Part shown: positions 1 through 12,660 of the stretch, one piece after another
Layout of the letters: each line of letters begins with the position of its first letter
How positions within the stretch are numbered: the first letter of the stretch is position 1
NCBI GenBank assembly: GCA_013239625.1
Contig: MU053209.1
Coordinates: 10,482-74,481 of the forward strand
Source: Lama guanicoe
Lineage: Eukaryota
Length of the DNA: 64,000 nt
Reading direction: 5' to 3'
Translations under genes and position numbers: made by a program
Notes under the pieces: model-generated
Seen by the model: only the letters and a program-made list of their open reading frames with translations
Database searches by the model: none
What the model was told of the DNA's origin: nothing

Positions 1-3000
1 TTATTGTAGTGACTGGCACATACCAAGAAATCAAAACATAAAAAAGCAAATAGGATAAAGAATTTTAAAAAGAGTATTTACAGCAGTGGAGGTCTAAATT
101 GTGTGCATACTGAGAGCAAAAAAAAAAATGAGGTCTGTTTTTGAGTTTGTTGTGAAAATGGGAGGATCAATGCTCACACTGCTGTTTTCCTTTTGAATGC
201 CATTTTTTTTTTTCATCATAACATGTATGCATGGAAACACCTTCTAAGAATCTTCCTCTGTTCTTCAAATCATTACCTTAGGGAACGTAAATTACTTCTC
301 TTTCAAATGATCTTGAACATTTGCTGCTAATTTCTTCTCTGTGCTACAGAGCTAGCTTTTTTCTCCTCTACTTGACGGTGATGTAACTGACAAGTACCTC
401 ACTGCTTCACACTTACATCTCCCCTGCTGCTTAGTGTAATACTTTGTATATTATAAATATAATAAAAGGAAAGTTTGTGTAACTGTATCCTATATATTAC
501 AAAAGTTATTACTGATGTTGGTTACCTTTCACTAAATGAGCTGGTTCATTTACTCAGGGAACTGTGTGTCAGGGAACTGTGTCTCAGACACACTCACCTG
601 CTGTTTGATTTATGGCACACTACGTCACATGAAGACTTTCCACAATCTGTGCTCAGGCATCTCTGTAATCGACTCGCCAATCAATCTTAGTTAGAAGCTA
701 GAGGAGTAATAATAAAGCATGCAAGAGCCAAGACAGGGAATGAAAATGTATAAAAGAAAGACATTCTGTGTACTTTCAATATGTTTCTTATGCTAAACAT
801 TCATTTCTGAATGCAGTTTCTAAGTGTCTTCCTGAAGACTGCATATTTTACTGTGGATTAATGCATATCAATTCCTTTCCCTTAAATCAAAAAATTGGAA
901 GGTTCTATACTGACTTTACAGACTAGGATAGATCTCATACAAATAATTGATATCACTTTTGATTACTGCAAATTCTTTCTTGATAATTAAACTTTGGTAA
1001 TTATTTTTGATTCTGATGAAGTACAATGTTAAAAAATTTCCACCTTATCAATGAAAAACTCTCACCAAGGGGCAAAAATGATTTTTGGATATAAGTGTGG
1101 GCTCTGTAATCAGAATAAATTTTTTAGACTCTCGGCTCTAGGTAGGATCATGGGTAATTTACAACCTAATTGGCTGTCAGTTTTCATAAAACTGTTAATA
1201 GGGACAGTAATATCAACCAACAGTGTGGCTGTAGAGATAAAAAGAAACAAAATAGGTGATGTTTTCACACTACCTGGCACATAGAAAGCGATCAATAATT
1301 TTTTTTTCTATTTATCAGTGGGCATTGAGTTAAGCATTCTTGCCATAGTCTCTAATATATTTCACGTAGTACAGATACACATCTTTTCTGTACCCTCTCA
1401 CTGCTTGACATACTGGAGTATTTATCAATGCTGGAGCTACTGCACCTCACAGGTGACCTTTATTAAATGGATCACATCACTTATCTATAGTTCTTGCTTG
1501 AGAATGCCCTAACAGCATAGCAGGAAATAATTAATTAAGAGGCCAGTGCAGATTCTTCTCATGAAAAGAAATGTCTGTGTTCAGAAAAATGTCCAATGAA
1601 TATGGATGTATATAGAAATAATATCCTCTGGGCTTGGCTTGAGGGGCTGGAAAGAAAAATATGTCTGAAGGGAGAGAGGAATAACAAGAGAGAAAATCAA
1701 GTCCGCTGAAGTTCTCTGCAGAAATACATAGCTGAGGACTTTTTAAGAAAGGAGAATACTTTATATTTGTTTTATTGCTGAGCTATGGTATCTATTTTCT
1801 CTTAATCTAAAATGATACTAGAAAAACATGCCAAGGACTTTTAAGTCTTAGAAGCAGGGATGCACTTCACATTTGGCTAAATGTAAGGCATAGAGAAGGC
1901 TACAGGCATTATTAGAAGTGCAACTATTATTAAAATAGGAACAAGAAAGTGATAAAAGGCAACCTTGGAAATGAGAATTTAAGCCACTAGTAGACATCTC
2001 ACACTGGGTATTAGATTTTTCACAGGACAAAGGTGGGCGTTCAAGCCAACTGTATTTAAATTAAATAATTCAATGTCAAGGTGACATCAGATCATACATC
2101 TTCTTAGTACCATATTAATTACAGGATATTATACTCTTCAAAAACATGTTTTTAACTTAATCACATGTGGCACTGATTTAATGTTTATTATTAGTCTTTC
2201 TGTAGACAGGAAATAGAGTTGTAGTAAATATCTTGCCTATCCTTCTGAGCAGGCTTAGAGAATCTCGCACACTTCTTGCACATTTCTGTTTCCCCTTTCT
2301 GGATAGGCACTTCACATCTTTTCAGTAATTTTAATTGTATTTTGACAACAATTTTAAAGGTTTTTTTCCACAAAGGCAACACAACGTGTAGAGTACTGGA
2401 ACTGGGTGATACCATGTACATGTTTCTTAGGAGTTAATCTTTCCCCAGTTCAATTATATGCTTATACTATGAACAGTTATATTTCGACAACCAACTTGTG
2501 CCCTCAGCACATGGCTTTGATAGAACTGGATACCGTCAGGAGCAGAGCTGAGCCAGCAGGTGTTGGAGCAGCGGTCAGTTAACACAACAAGCCAAACTGA
2601 AAGCAAAGCCAAGACGTTCACCGCCTCCTGCTAGAGGGTGAGTAAGAGGCTAACGCTTGAGGGAGGAATAGCTCCTCCCCTGATCTACATTTTCCCGTGG
2701 AACAGCATCAGGGGCAGCAGGGACATCAGAACAAAATCAAATCAGTAATGCCTTCTTTGAAATTCCTGAAATATACACAACCACTTCCTGAACAATTTCC
2801 TCTGAGAACTCACTGTTTGGCAAAGCCATTTATTATACAAATATATTGAATCTACAGATTATACTTGAGACTAAACTCTGTCTCCTGAAAGTTTTTTTTT
2901 GTCTTCAGTCCTCTTCACTGAGATAAAATCAAGTCATAATTTAATTTTTTTTCCCTTTGGTGCCTGTTTAATAGTCTCAAAAGAGCCAGGTTTAATGGGT

Positions 3001-3806
3001 TTTTGTCAATTCACTTGGGATCCTGATTATAGCAGGATACCGTGTCAGTGAAGAAATTGTTAAAGTTTTGGTTGTATCTCTCTTCTCCCCCAGACATATC
3101 TTATAAATTCACACTATAATTTAATGAGCGTAATCTTTCTAGAAGAGTAAAGAACCAAAATACCACCATCTGGGTGTGTCTTAGGAAAAAAGTAGCCTGC
3201 TCTCGTAAGGCTGGTGGCAGACTGTATGACGTCACACTGAGGTCTCCTTAGATGAATGGGTGAACAGCCGCATTGGTAGAAAAACAGTGATAATAGACAT
3301 TCTGTGTAGATGTGTATAAAGAACATTTTAAAAATATTAAACATAGGAGATCCCTAGGTTGGTTGATAAAATGCTAATTGTGGGTCTTTGAAAGACAGGA
3401 AGCTAACATGTCCGTGATTTCATCATTCTGGAATACCAGACACGCCGAGAACGCCAATGGATGAGAAATAAAGCAGCTCAACATTATTTGGGGGCCTAAG
3501 GAGGAGATATTTTAGCTGAGTTTATTAGAATGTTAATTTTTTAAAGAAAACCTGAGAACCTGCTATCCACCATCAGAGGAGGAAAAAAACTGCCTCTGGA
3601 GTCCATGTTAAGATCAATGTTTAAAAACGACACCCTACACTGGTAAGAAGCCGTGGCGGCAACATATTAGCTAGACCTAAGCCTTCTCTCCGTTGTGCGT
3701 GGCATGTGCGTCGGTGCTCTCCCTGAACTGTATGAGCCCGAAGGGCTCCTGGAGAAGTCAGAGGATGGTAGAAATCACAAAGCGAGATAATGAATGCTCT
3801 CTTCCC

Positions 3807-5172
3807 TTTTTTTAACTTATTACTTTGAAGTACTGTAGATGCCAAGAAGCAGAGAACACTATACATCAAGTCCTGTGTACCTTCCACCCAAAACTCTTGT
3901 GGTGACATCTCATGCAGCTGCAGTACGGTACCAATGCCAATTCCAGGACATGGGCCTCCGTACAATGCTGTTGAGTAGACTACAGTCCTTATTCAGATTT
4001 TAAAACTACTTTACGTGCATTATTCTGTGTGTGTGTGTGTGTGCTCACGTGTACATAGTGCTTACCAATTTCATCATATATATGAACCCTTCCAACAACC
4101 ACAAGGAAACTCCCTCATGCTAGCCCTTTATATTTACAAGCCTATGCCTAGTCCCTGTTTCCAGACAAAGGACTCCACCACTATAGTTTCCAGAATGTTT
4201 TATAACATTACATAAATGAAAACATACAGTACCTAACCTTTAGAGATTAAGTTTTCCACCAATAATGATGTCCTGGGAATTCATCTAAATTACCGCATGT
4301 ATCCTGTTTGTTTCTGTCAGTGAGGAGGGTTCCATGGCATGGATGTAGTACAGTTATTTAAACATTTACCCACTGAAGGACATTCAAATGCTTCCAGTTT
4401 GGAACTACTATAAAAATCTGGTATGAAGATGCATGTAGCGGCTTTAATGTAAATGTATGTTTTCACTTCTCTTGGCTAAGTGCCCAGGAATATGACTGCT
4501 GAGTTAGCGTAATTTTATTAGAAACTGCCAAATTATTTTTCAGAGTGCCTGTACCATTTTAGATGATCACCAGAAATGTTTGGATAAATAACAACTTCAT
4601 ACTGTAGAGCACAGGGAACTATATTCAGTATCTTGTAGTAACTTATGGTGAAAAAGGATATGAAAACGAATATATGTATGTTCCTATATGACTGAAGTAC
4701 TGTGCTGTACACCAGAAACTGACATAACATTGTAAACTGACTATATTTCAATAAAATATATGAAGAAATGTATGAAAGATCCAGTTTATCCATTTTCTCA
4801 TCAGCATTTGGTTTTGTCATACATTTTAAAAAATCAAATACTTGAATAAAGATGTGGGGCTATCTCATAGGGGTTTGAACTGCCAGATCACTAATGGGAA
4901 ATGATACCAAGCATATTTTCATGTGTTTATCTGCCATTCACATCTCCTTTTTGGTGAGATGTCTATACATGTCTTTAGCTGCTCTTTCTAACTGGATTTT
5001 TTTAAACTTAGGTTTTGAGAGTTCTTTACATATTCTAGATAAAAGAGCTTTCCCATATGTGTGATTTGCCAATGTTTCATCCCAGTTTGCTGTCCTGTTT
5101 TCTCATCTTCTCTAAAGGATCTTCCACACAGGTGCTCCTTTTAATAGAGCAGATTTTTATTCTGTTAATGAA
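3807..5172 (-). mobile_element. Old L1 (L1MC/L1MD-like) 3' end, interrupted by a younger L1 tail
   Basis: Antisense L1 3'UTR/ORF2-end motifs: 'catttacccactgaaggacatt', 'agaaactgccaaattatttttcagagtgcctgtaccatttt', 'tttgagagttctttacatattctagat'. Confidence 0.85.
4580..4763 (+). mobile_element. 5'-truncated cetartiodactyl-type L1 3' end nested in older L1
   Basis: 'gcacagggaactatattcagtatcttgtagtaac...acattgtaaactgactatatttcaataaaa'. Flanked by an 8-bp direct repeat AGAAATGT (4572-4579, 4764-4771). Confidence 0.9.
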
Positions 5173-6829
5173 TGGGAAAAAATGATTCAAAGCAAAATGA
5201 ACTACATTTGCACCCTGAGTTTGTGGAGCTGTTTACGTAAGTAACCAAATCACTATTTATTTTATTACAGCAATGGAAAAAACATTCCACTTTTCAAATA
5301 ACTGACTTATACAGCCCTTTTAGAAGACAACCCGCTTGTAAGCAGGAGGATTCTACTCAAAATAAACTAAACTGGAACAAAACTGCAGTATCTTTCTTTC
5401 CCTGAACACAAATATTTTGACTTTCACTCTTTGAGTCAATTAAAATTAAAAGAAATTCATGCCCCAAATACCCTTTCATGTATTTTGTCTCCAAGTCAAT
5501 ATTTTGACATTTGTATGGGATGTTCAAATAGATGTATCCAAGATTTTCTATTGAAGTTAAGACTTAATAATAATATGCAAATCTTTGAAACAATATTTTT
5601 TAATTTTTCTACTTTTAACTTAGTTTTAATAAAATTGAGTTTCTTATGCGACAATAAAGAAAACATGATATATTTACTCACAATAATGTACAAATTAAGA
5701 TACTAGCCCTAACATCACTATCCACTGTCCTTTCCTTATGATAAGAAAATACTAAATTTTCAAATTTCTGGCGTATATTTGATTGTAAGTTCACTTTAAT
5801 TTTAAGATAGCCAATGTTCTCATATTGCTTTTCCCTTTTGCAATATTATGTGATCTTAGATAAAACAATAAGGATTTATTTCTATGATACATGACAGTTT
5901 GGGGTGTTATGCATACTTTGATAAATTTTGGCTGCCTAAAATAAAAATAATGAAGCTGAATTGGTAGAAATCCTTCTTGGTTAAATCCAATTGATGACTA
6001 TTGTCATTTCTCAACCAGTCATAAAACTATTTCCTCCACATTTATCATATTTTTTTAAATTTAATACTTTGAAAGATGAAGAATGAGTTAGAATTAGGAG
6101 GGAATATAGAATGCAACAGCTGTTTTCTTGGTGATGTGATTGAAACCATGAAGAATGTATACTTTTGCACCTTAAATTAGGCGCCCACTTCTCTGTCTAG
6201 TATTATGCTAGATACGTTGAATACTTAAGGCTGATGTCTGAACTCTGACATCAGGGATATTACTTCTTTTAGGGAGATAATATGCTCGTGAACCAATTTA
6301 ACATTGACTATATCAGTTTGCAATTAAATTTTAAAGCCAATGGTCAGCTAAAAGTGTTGCAGTGTTTTTTTTTGAAAATACAGGGGGAAAATATACTAAT
6401 GAAAAGTAAAGTTTAAACTGGATCCTATAAAATTAGAAGCATTTGGCACAGCAGATCACAGGAGGATTACAAAAAATACCTAAAGAGAAGCAAGTGAGAT
6501 AGTTGAAGAGGAAAGGAAAGCTAGGATGTGTCCTTTTCCTACAAAAATTAATCTTATGGTGATATTAAATATCATGAGGCTTTCTATTTATTTTTCCTTT
6601 GGGTGTCAGTTTACTTGTAATTTTTAAAGAGACACATGTGTACATACACATGATCAGACTGAACATCTACAGTGACTATAAGCTTATCTTGTCAAACGTT
6701 TTTAAAAATCTAAATAGCAAGGGCCTACTGGAGCAAAAAGTGAGACTTTCTGTTAATCTAAAAATAAAGGTTGGAATACTGGAATTTTATATTCAATGAT
6801 TATTTTAATTCTGAGTTTGTTAGAAGAAA

Positions 6830-7760
6830 ATGATGCATGGAAAACAAAACCTCAAAAAAGCAACAAAAAGAGTTGCTACCCTTAACTTATACACATCCAA
6901 GTTCATCATCCAAGTAGAAAACATTCAAAGTACATAAACATGTGCTTCACAAAAGGAGCCATTAAAATGACTGAAGCAATGTTAAAAAATGGTTCAAAAT
7001 CTTTAGTATTAAAATAAAGACAAATTAAAATGATGACATATAATTTTTCAGCTGTCAGATTAGTAAAGTTTAAAATATATCACTGAAATCTAGTGTTGGA
7101 GATATTCTGAAGGAAAAAATATTTAATGATTTGTTCTTTGGAGTATTAAGGACAATATTTATTAAATAATTCAATGCATTCAGTATTGAAATGTGAAATA
7201 TGCTTTGATTTAGCAATAAGAGTTTGAAGAAGCAATATTAAGAAAATAATTACACAGTTGAACAGATATACTTGTAGAAAGACTTCATTTCTTTATTGTT
7301 TATACTAAGCCAAATTAGAATATAAAAAAAAGTCAATCAGTGAGAGTGAGATCAATCAGTACACACATAGAATGTAACCTACAGTGAAAAAAATATGAAA
7401 ATAAATATATGCGTGTTCATGTATGAATGAAGCATTATGCTCTACACCAGAAATTGACACAACATTGTAAACTGACTATACTTCAATAAAAATATATATA
7501 CAAAAAAATGCAATGCTGTACTATGAAGACACTTAAATTGAGTAAGGGAATTCTCTTTTTTCTCTCTCTGTAACATGTTTTTGTGTATAAAAATTTTTAA
7601 AAAACAGCAAGATACCGTGTTTCCATATCTGTGACATTACACTCACTTTATACTGTGATGTCTCCAGAGCAGTGCAGATGGAAATAATCAGAAGGATTAT
7701 CACCCAAAATCTCACTTCAGCATTTATAAATAGTGCTAATTTGAATAGTTTGTCATAGAG
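6830..7760 (+). mobile_element. Highly diverged L1ME-like fragment
   Basis: Degenerate L1 ORF2-end motifs ('cttcacaaaagga...caaattaaaatga...cagattagtaaagtttaaa...tagtgttgga'). Confidence 0.55.
7375..7508 (+). mobile_element. Short young L1 3' tail
   Basis: 'acaccagaaattgacacaacattgtaaactgactatacttcaataaaa' plus A-rich tail. Same family as 4580-4763. Confidence 0.85.
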
Positions 7761-7842
7761 CAGCTGTTTGTTTTACAATAAATTTTATCTTCATTCTCAG
7801 AAGAAAATGGCATTTATATTTGCTTTTTTAAAAAGGAGAAAG

Positions 7843-9960
7843 CTCTCCTGGAACATAGCAGCAGCTTCAGTAACTGTTTCTCCAGTAAGCTGAGCTAGAC
7901 CTACACAACACTCCGAAAGCACGTCTGTGGTACCCACAGTTGCCACTGACACTGGCACCATCGATTCCTGTGTGAATATCTTCCAGCGTGGGAAGTGGAG
8001 ATGGCTGCCAATACTAGGGGGATCCCCTGAAACTACACCTTAATTTATATTGCACGATTGAGCTGTGGCGTGTTTCAAAGAATCAGACTATTAGTTGGAA
8101 TGCAGATTTTGAAAATGCTGCTGTCCTGTCTGACAAGAACCATTGGCCCTCTTGGTGGTAACTGATGCAGGAAAGCCTGTGATCCAGATGGAGTACAAGG
8201 GAGGGCCCACAGGCTTCTGACCAGAGAAGGTACCATCTATGATTCTAGCAAAGATGGAGAAATCAAGAAGCCTACTGTGGAAGGACAGTCTACAAATACC
8301 ATTGTCACAGCATTAGTTTATTAATGGCTGTAAACATCAGGCTCCCAAAGATACTGAACCTACTACTCAACTCAATACTCTCGGAAGCATCAAAGAGTCA
8401 TTGACGGCTGCTCTGCGGGAACAAGATCTTGGTGGTGAAATAAATATGTTGACTCTTTTCTTAGAAGGTACTTTAAATGTGTAAATCCTCACTACTGACA
8501 ATGGAATCTTTTGAGTCAAAGCTATAGTTGAAGACTAATGTTTAACTGAAGAAGACTTTGACGAACAGAAAGTTTCATTACAGATCTCAAGTGCAGGCAT
8601 CAGAAGGCTATCTGTTACAACAAGAGAACCAACTACAGCCTCTGTGCTACTTGTAAACATGCTCAATGTACTTTAAAAAACTATCAGGTCAAACTTGACA
8701 TTGATTCTTTCCCAGAAAGGGTTGACTTCCACGTGTGCTTTAGTTGTGCCAATTGGAAAAAGGGATGCTGACCTGTTTTGTGGCATTCTATCTAGACTCT
8801 GTGGAGAAAGCCACTGTGCCAGGTTAGACAAGTCACAGATGCTTGCCCTCATCCTGATGGGTGATCATCCACACATCTCTAATACTCAGAAACTTCTGCA
8901 AGACGTCTTCAAAGGAAGGCAACTGACAAGAGCATCAGCCCCTATGGAGCTGTTGTTCATGACACACCTGCCCAGGCAGTGATCTTATCTAGGGACAAAT
9001 GTGACCGTGTTGAAGATTTGCTGCTCTTGGAAATCACTCATTTTTCTATTGGTATTGAGATTCCTGTTGGGACCACAATCACCACGGTCAGCCACAGTAT
9101 CAGTGTGCTCACAGAGCAGACACAGCCCTGCACAACTTGCTCAGACAACCAGCTCAGCACACTTATTCTGGATTATAAAGTGGATGTGCCCTGACAACCT
9201 GCTTGGCAAGTTCCAATTCACAGGCACACTCTTGTTCTCTGTGGCGTATCTCAGATCACAGCCTGGGGACAACAGCACAGGAAAAGTGAACAAGGCTGCC
9301 ACCACCAATGACGAGGGTCCTTTGAGCGAGGAAGACACCAAGGGGACAATTCAGGAGGCTAGGAAACACGAAGCAGAGAGACAGTGTGTCCTCTGAATAT
9401 TCTCTTAGATCCTACATCTTCAACGTGAAAGCCGTGGCTGAATGTAAAGAATATCAAAGGCAATGTCAATGATGAGGACACACAGAAGGTTTTTGACAAG
9501 TGCAATGAAGTCATCCATTGGCTCGGAAAGAATCACATTACAGGGGAGGAGACACTTGCATATCAGCAGAAAAATTTGGAGAAAGTCCTCAAACCCATCA
9601 CTACCAAGCACTAACAGAGTACAGAAGTGTACCAGGGAACACACCTTGGTTCTTTTCTGGGGCAGAGATCTCTCACCTGGAGTTGCTTGTTCTGGATTCA
9701 TCATCTAAGAGACCGCTCAAGCCAACAAGAGCACTGAAGCTTAGCATCATTCCACAATTAAGGAAAACGAGGAACCCACATTTGTAGCAAACTCAGAGAC
9801 TGTTAAAAATGTAAAACTGATCTATTACATTTTTTAGCACTCTCAATACCTAGTTGAGCACACAGGGAAATGAAGTAACAGTGCAGTTTAGCGGTACCGT
9901 ATAGCAAGCTAGAAGAAGATTCAATGTCCTAAATGAAAACTGTAGTTAAAACTTGCACAG
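7843..9960 (+). pseudogene. HSPA8: Processed (intronless) HSPA8/HSC70 pseudogene, full length including 5' and 3' UTR, heavily degraded
   Basis: The start region at 7921 (ACG TCT GTG GTA CCC ACA GTT GCC ACT GAC ACT GGC ACC) aligns to MSKGPAVGIDLGT. Remnant peptides RLDKSQ..TQKLLQDVFKG, ILSRDK..EDLLLLEIT..TTCSDNQ, DNLLGKFQFTG and STGKVNK..TNDEGPLSEED match Hsp70. The stop-codon region 'caagccaac' (9718) and the 3'UTR ('tttgtagcaaact', 'tctcaatac', 'caatgtcctaaatgaaaact') resemble HSPA8 specifically. Many stops, frameshifts and small deletions; no introns. Confidence 0.95.
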
Positions 9961-10574
9961 AAAGTTATAGTTAGGAATACAAAAGAAATACCCCAGTCAA
10001 AGAAAAACCATCACATACAATTCACATGTAACTACTGTATTTCAAATCGTAATTCACAATTGCTGTATTTCAAAACGCCCCCTTTCCAAACTGGTAGGGA
10101 GTCAGTTCATATGATATTGGCTGTTCCCTTTATTTTTAAAGATAAAAATAAAGAACATATAACAGAAGACGATAAAACAAAAATAAAAAACAAAGACGGG
10201 GATAAATAGATAATTGTAATCACTATCATATTTATTTTTCCTGTTAGTAATTTCCTCCTCAAAAAAAGGAGCAAATTGATACCAAAGATAAAATTAAGCA
10301 TCTATCATTTTTTTAAGCTGCACTGGCTTCCCACATTTCCTCCTTTCCTGAGCCTAATACATTTGACTGATGAATTAAACACAAAATACCATCAATTAAA
10401 AAAAAAGAGAAGATACTGGCATACATTCATCTTATTTATGGATTCATTACTTCTGGGCGTATAAGGAAATCAACAACTGTGAAGATATGGAAATGGAATG
10501 CACTGGATACACACAATCTATCAGGAAAGTGACTTTTAAAATTTATTTATTTTTATTCTGAGCTGTGAAATTAC

Positions 10575-10703
10575 CCTGCTTTGCTGCCCTTGACAGCAGA
10601 TCAATAAATAACAGCTTAACGACATTAAGGCTTTGCTCTCTGTGGCTGAACCGCGGCCGGACTATTTCTCGTCTGCTTTGCGTACTCCTATCAGTTTCAT
10701 CCG
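10575..10703 (-). other. Candidate 129-nt internal exon of an unidentified minus-strand gene
   Basis: Minus strand: acceptor 'atttgttctccttacag|CGGATG', donor 'GCAGG|gtaatt'. Non-repetitive, CpG-retaining, and 380 nt downstream of a strong donor at 11083. Confidence 0.6.
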
Positions 10704-11083
10704 CTGTAAGGAGAACAAATGGAAGCCGTGTATGCATGTATTCACACACAAGTCGAGCACATGCCAATAAGCATAATTTAATTAGACAGAAACTGCACCA
10801 CTACGAAAGTAAGTTTATCGCCACCAAATACACAGACATCAACTTAGCACAAAGCATCAAGAACAGAAGTCATTTTTTTATTGTATCTCAAAATTTTTTT
10901 TCTACATACTAACCTAGGTGCTATTTTTCTTGCAAAACTCAGGCTGCATCTAGACTGCTAACTATAGTCTAGGAAGCACACGAAAATAGGGGGGAAATTT
11001 CATGATAAATACATAAGATATACAGAAACGTAAGGAGTACTGACATCTATAATCTGAAGATATAGAGGATTAAAAGAGCTTAC

Positions 11084-11245
11084 CCTTGACTCTTTAGAAT
11101 GATCCATTCCAGAGGAACAAGAAATCATGACAGTATCAATAATAATCATTAAATTTTCTTAATAGTTGAAACTGACAAGCAATGTGCTCTCCATCTCCAT
11201 TTCACTTCACACACACACCCACACACACACCCATGAGACAGTATT
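11084..11245 (-). other. Candidate first exon (5' end approximate)
   Basis: Ends in the donor 'TCAAGG|gtaagc' at 11084/11083. Begins ~30 nt downstream of a TATA element and contains a short (GT)n. Confidence 0.55.
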
Positions 11246-11249
11246 CCTG

Positions 11250-11330
11250 TGTTCGCAATGTATTGTACTATATAAATCGTAATTCACATACTTAAGTGAC
11301 GCTCCACCCCTTTCTCACCAATCCCGAACT
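11250..11330 (-). promoter_or_regulatory. Pol II core/proximal promoter: CCAAT, CACCC/GT box, CRE half-site, TATA
   Basis: CCAAT 11318-11322, CCACCCC 11304-11310, TGACG 11297-11301, TATATAAA 11269-11276. Order and spacing are canonical for leftward transcription. Confidence 0.6.
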
Positions 11331-11839
11331 CTGAGCTTTGGGAATTTTTTTGTGGGTAAGGGGGTTGTGTCTCCTTGCTTCCCCGTTCAGCCGTCACTGC
11401 TCAGGTTTGGTTGTCTGCCGTGGGCGTTGTCAGGAATCAGGGCAACAGTCTCCAGGGCTCCAGCCACCCCAAAGACGGTATCTTCCATTCTTGCCAGGAA
11501 TACCCACCTTGCTCTCTCCTCTGCAGGTTTTCCCTGTAATGTTGCCCCATCAACATTTTGTTTGTTGGTTTTTTTCATAGGAGGTGCTCGTATCTTATGA
11601 GAATCAAAAGACATCAGCAACCAGCAATTCAGGGAACAAAGAGAGGTTTGATGCCCATTGAAAAACAAACAAAAAGAAGCCCCAAAACAAAACAAAGAAA
11701 AGCAAAGGAACGAAAATCACCCCCTTAAACAATGCAAATGTTCACACACGGTCACTCCCTGTTGATCACCCACAGCGATTCAAGCTGGTCTGACAGCAGA
11801 GTCGGAGTTCCCAACCAGAACAAGCTGCAGATGATAGAA

Positions 11840-12072
11840 CATTTGCTTAAAAACAGATTCAGAAGTCAGACCTCTAGCTTCAGTTCCCAGCTTCACCATG
11901 TGCAAGCTCTGTGACCTTGCAATGGTTGTCATGTCTCAGTTGTCCTGTAAAAGTTGATAATTATTTGCCGAGAGAACTGGTCTTCTTGGTTTCCTGTGAT
12001 AATTAAATGAAACGACACCTATGAAGAGCTTACATCAGTGCTCGGAGCCACGAAAAGACATACAAATGCTTA
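11840..12072 (+). mobile_element. MIR SINE
   Basis: 'agtcagacc...ttcccagct...tgtgaccttg...tctcagtt...ctgtaaaa...attaaatga' follows the MIR core. Confidence 0.75.
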
Positions 12073-12254
12073 AATGACTCGTCCAAAGGGTGTTTACTCT
12101 CCAGGACTTGGAAATAATGCAATTCTGAAGGCCGGGTTCAAAAATTACATCGTTATATATTTAGTTATACATACACAGTTATATAATTCATGATGGGGTC
12201 ACTGTCACTTACATATTCTAGAAATTGGGAGATGTGTAAGTTCCTGTTGATCTC

Positions 12255-12660
12255 TCAGGGTGTTATGGCTTCTACTTGCAGGATAACCACCATTAACTAG
12301 TTTAAGAAGGAAAGAGATCTACTAGAAGATACTTCAAGATTCTCAGACTCCTCTGTAGGATCATAGAGTTAGGTGTAAAGGCTACTCCAATAATGACCTT
12401 CTTCCCTTTAAGCTGCACACTCACCCTGCAGTTCACAACGGTGATGCTGGGCATTGTACAGTAACACCCCCAATGCTACTGTTAGCCCTGAAAGCCAGAC
12501 TCCTGTTGGATTCCCCGACGTTGCCTGCATATTGATCACTTCTGAACTGACGTCTCCTATAAATCCGGCTGATTGGCAGACAAGCCATATTCCTGCCACC
12601 TGGTCTCACCGAAGACTAGAGAGCAAGCCATACCACTGCCTGGAGAGACAAGATTCTTCA
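12255..12660. mobile_element. Possible degraded MLT1 (ERVL-MaLR) LTR
   Basis: 'ttgcaggataaccaccattaactagtttaagaaggaaagagatctactagaaga' resembles an MLT1 terminal motif. Weak. Confidence 0.3.

Noticed and set aside
554..582. 15-bp period micro-duplication TCAGGGAACTGTGT
   Set aside because: Ordinary slippage event; no evidence of function.
8695..9396. ORFs with Hsp70-like peptides as a functional gene
   Set aside because: Fragments in different frames of a decayed retrocopy that has lost its start codon and has many stops.
7837..9964. AGAAAG as target-site duplication of the HSPA8 retrocopy
   Set aside because: Only 6 bp, purine-rich, and no poly(A) remnant; could be chance.
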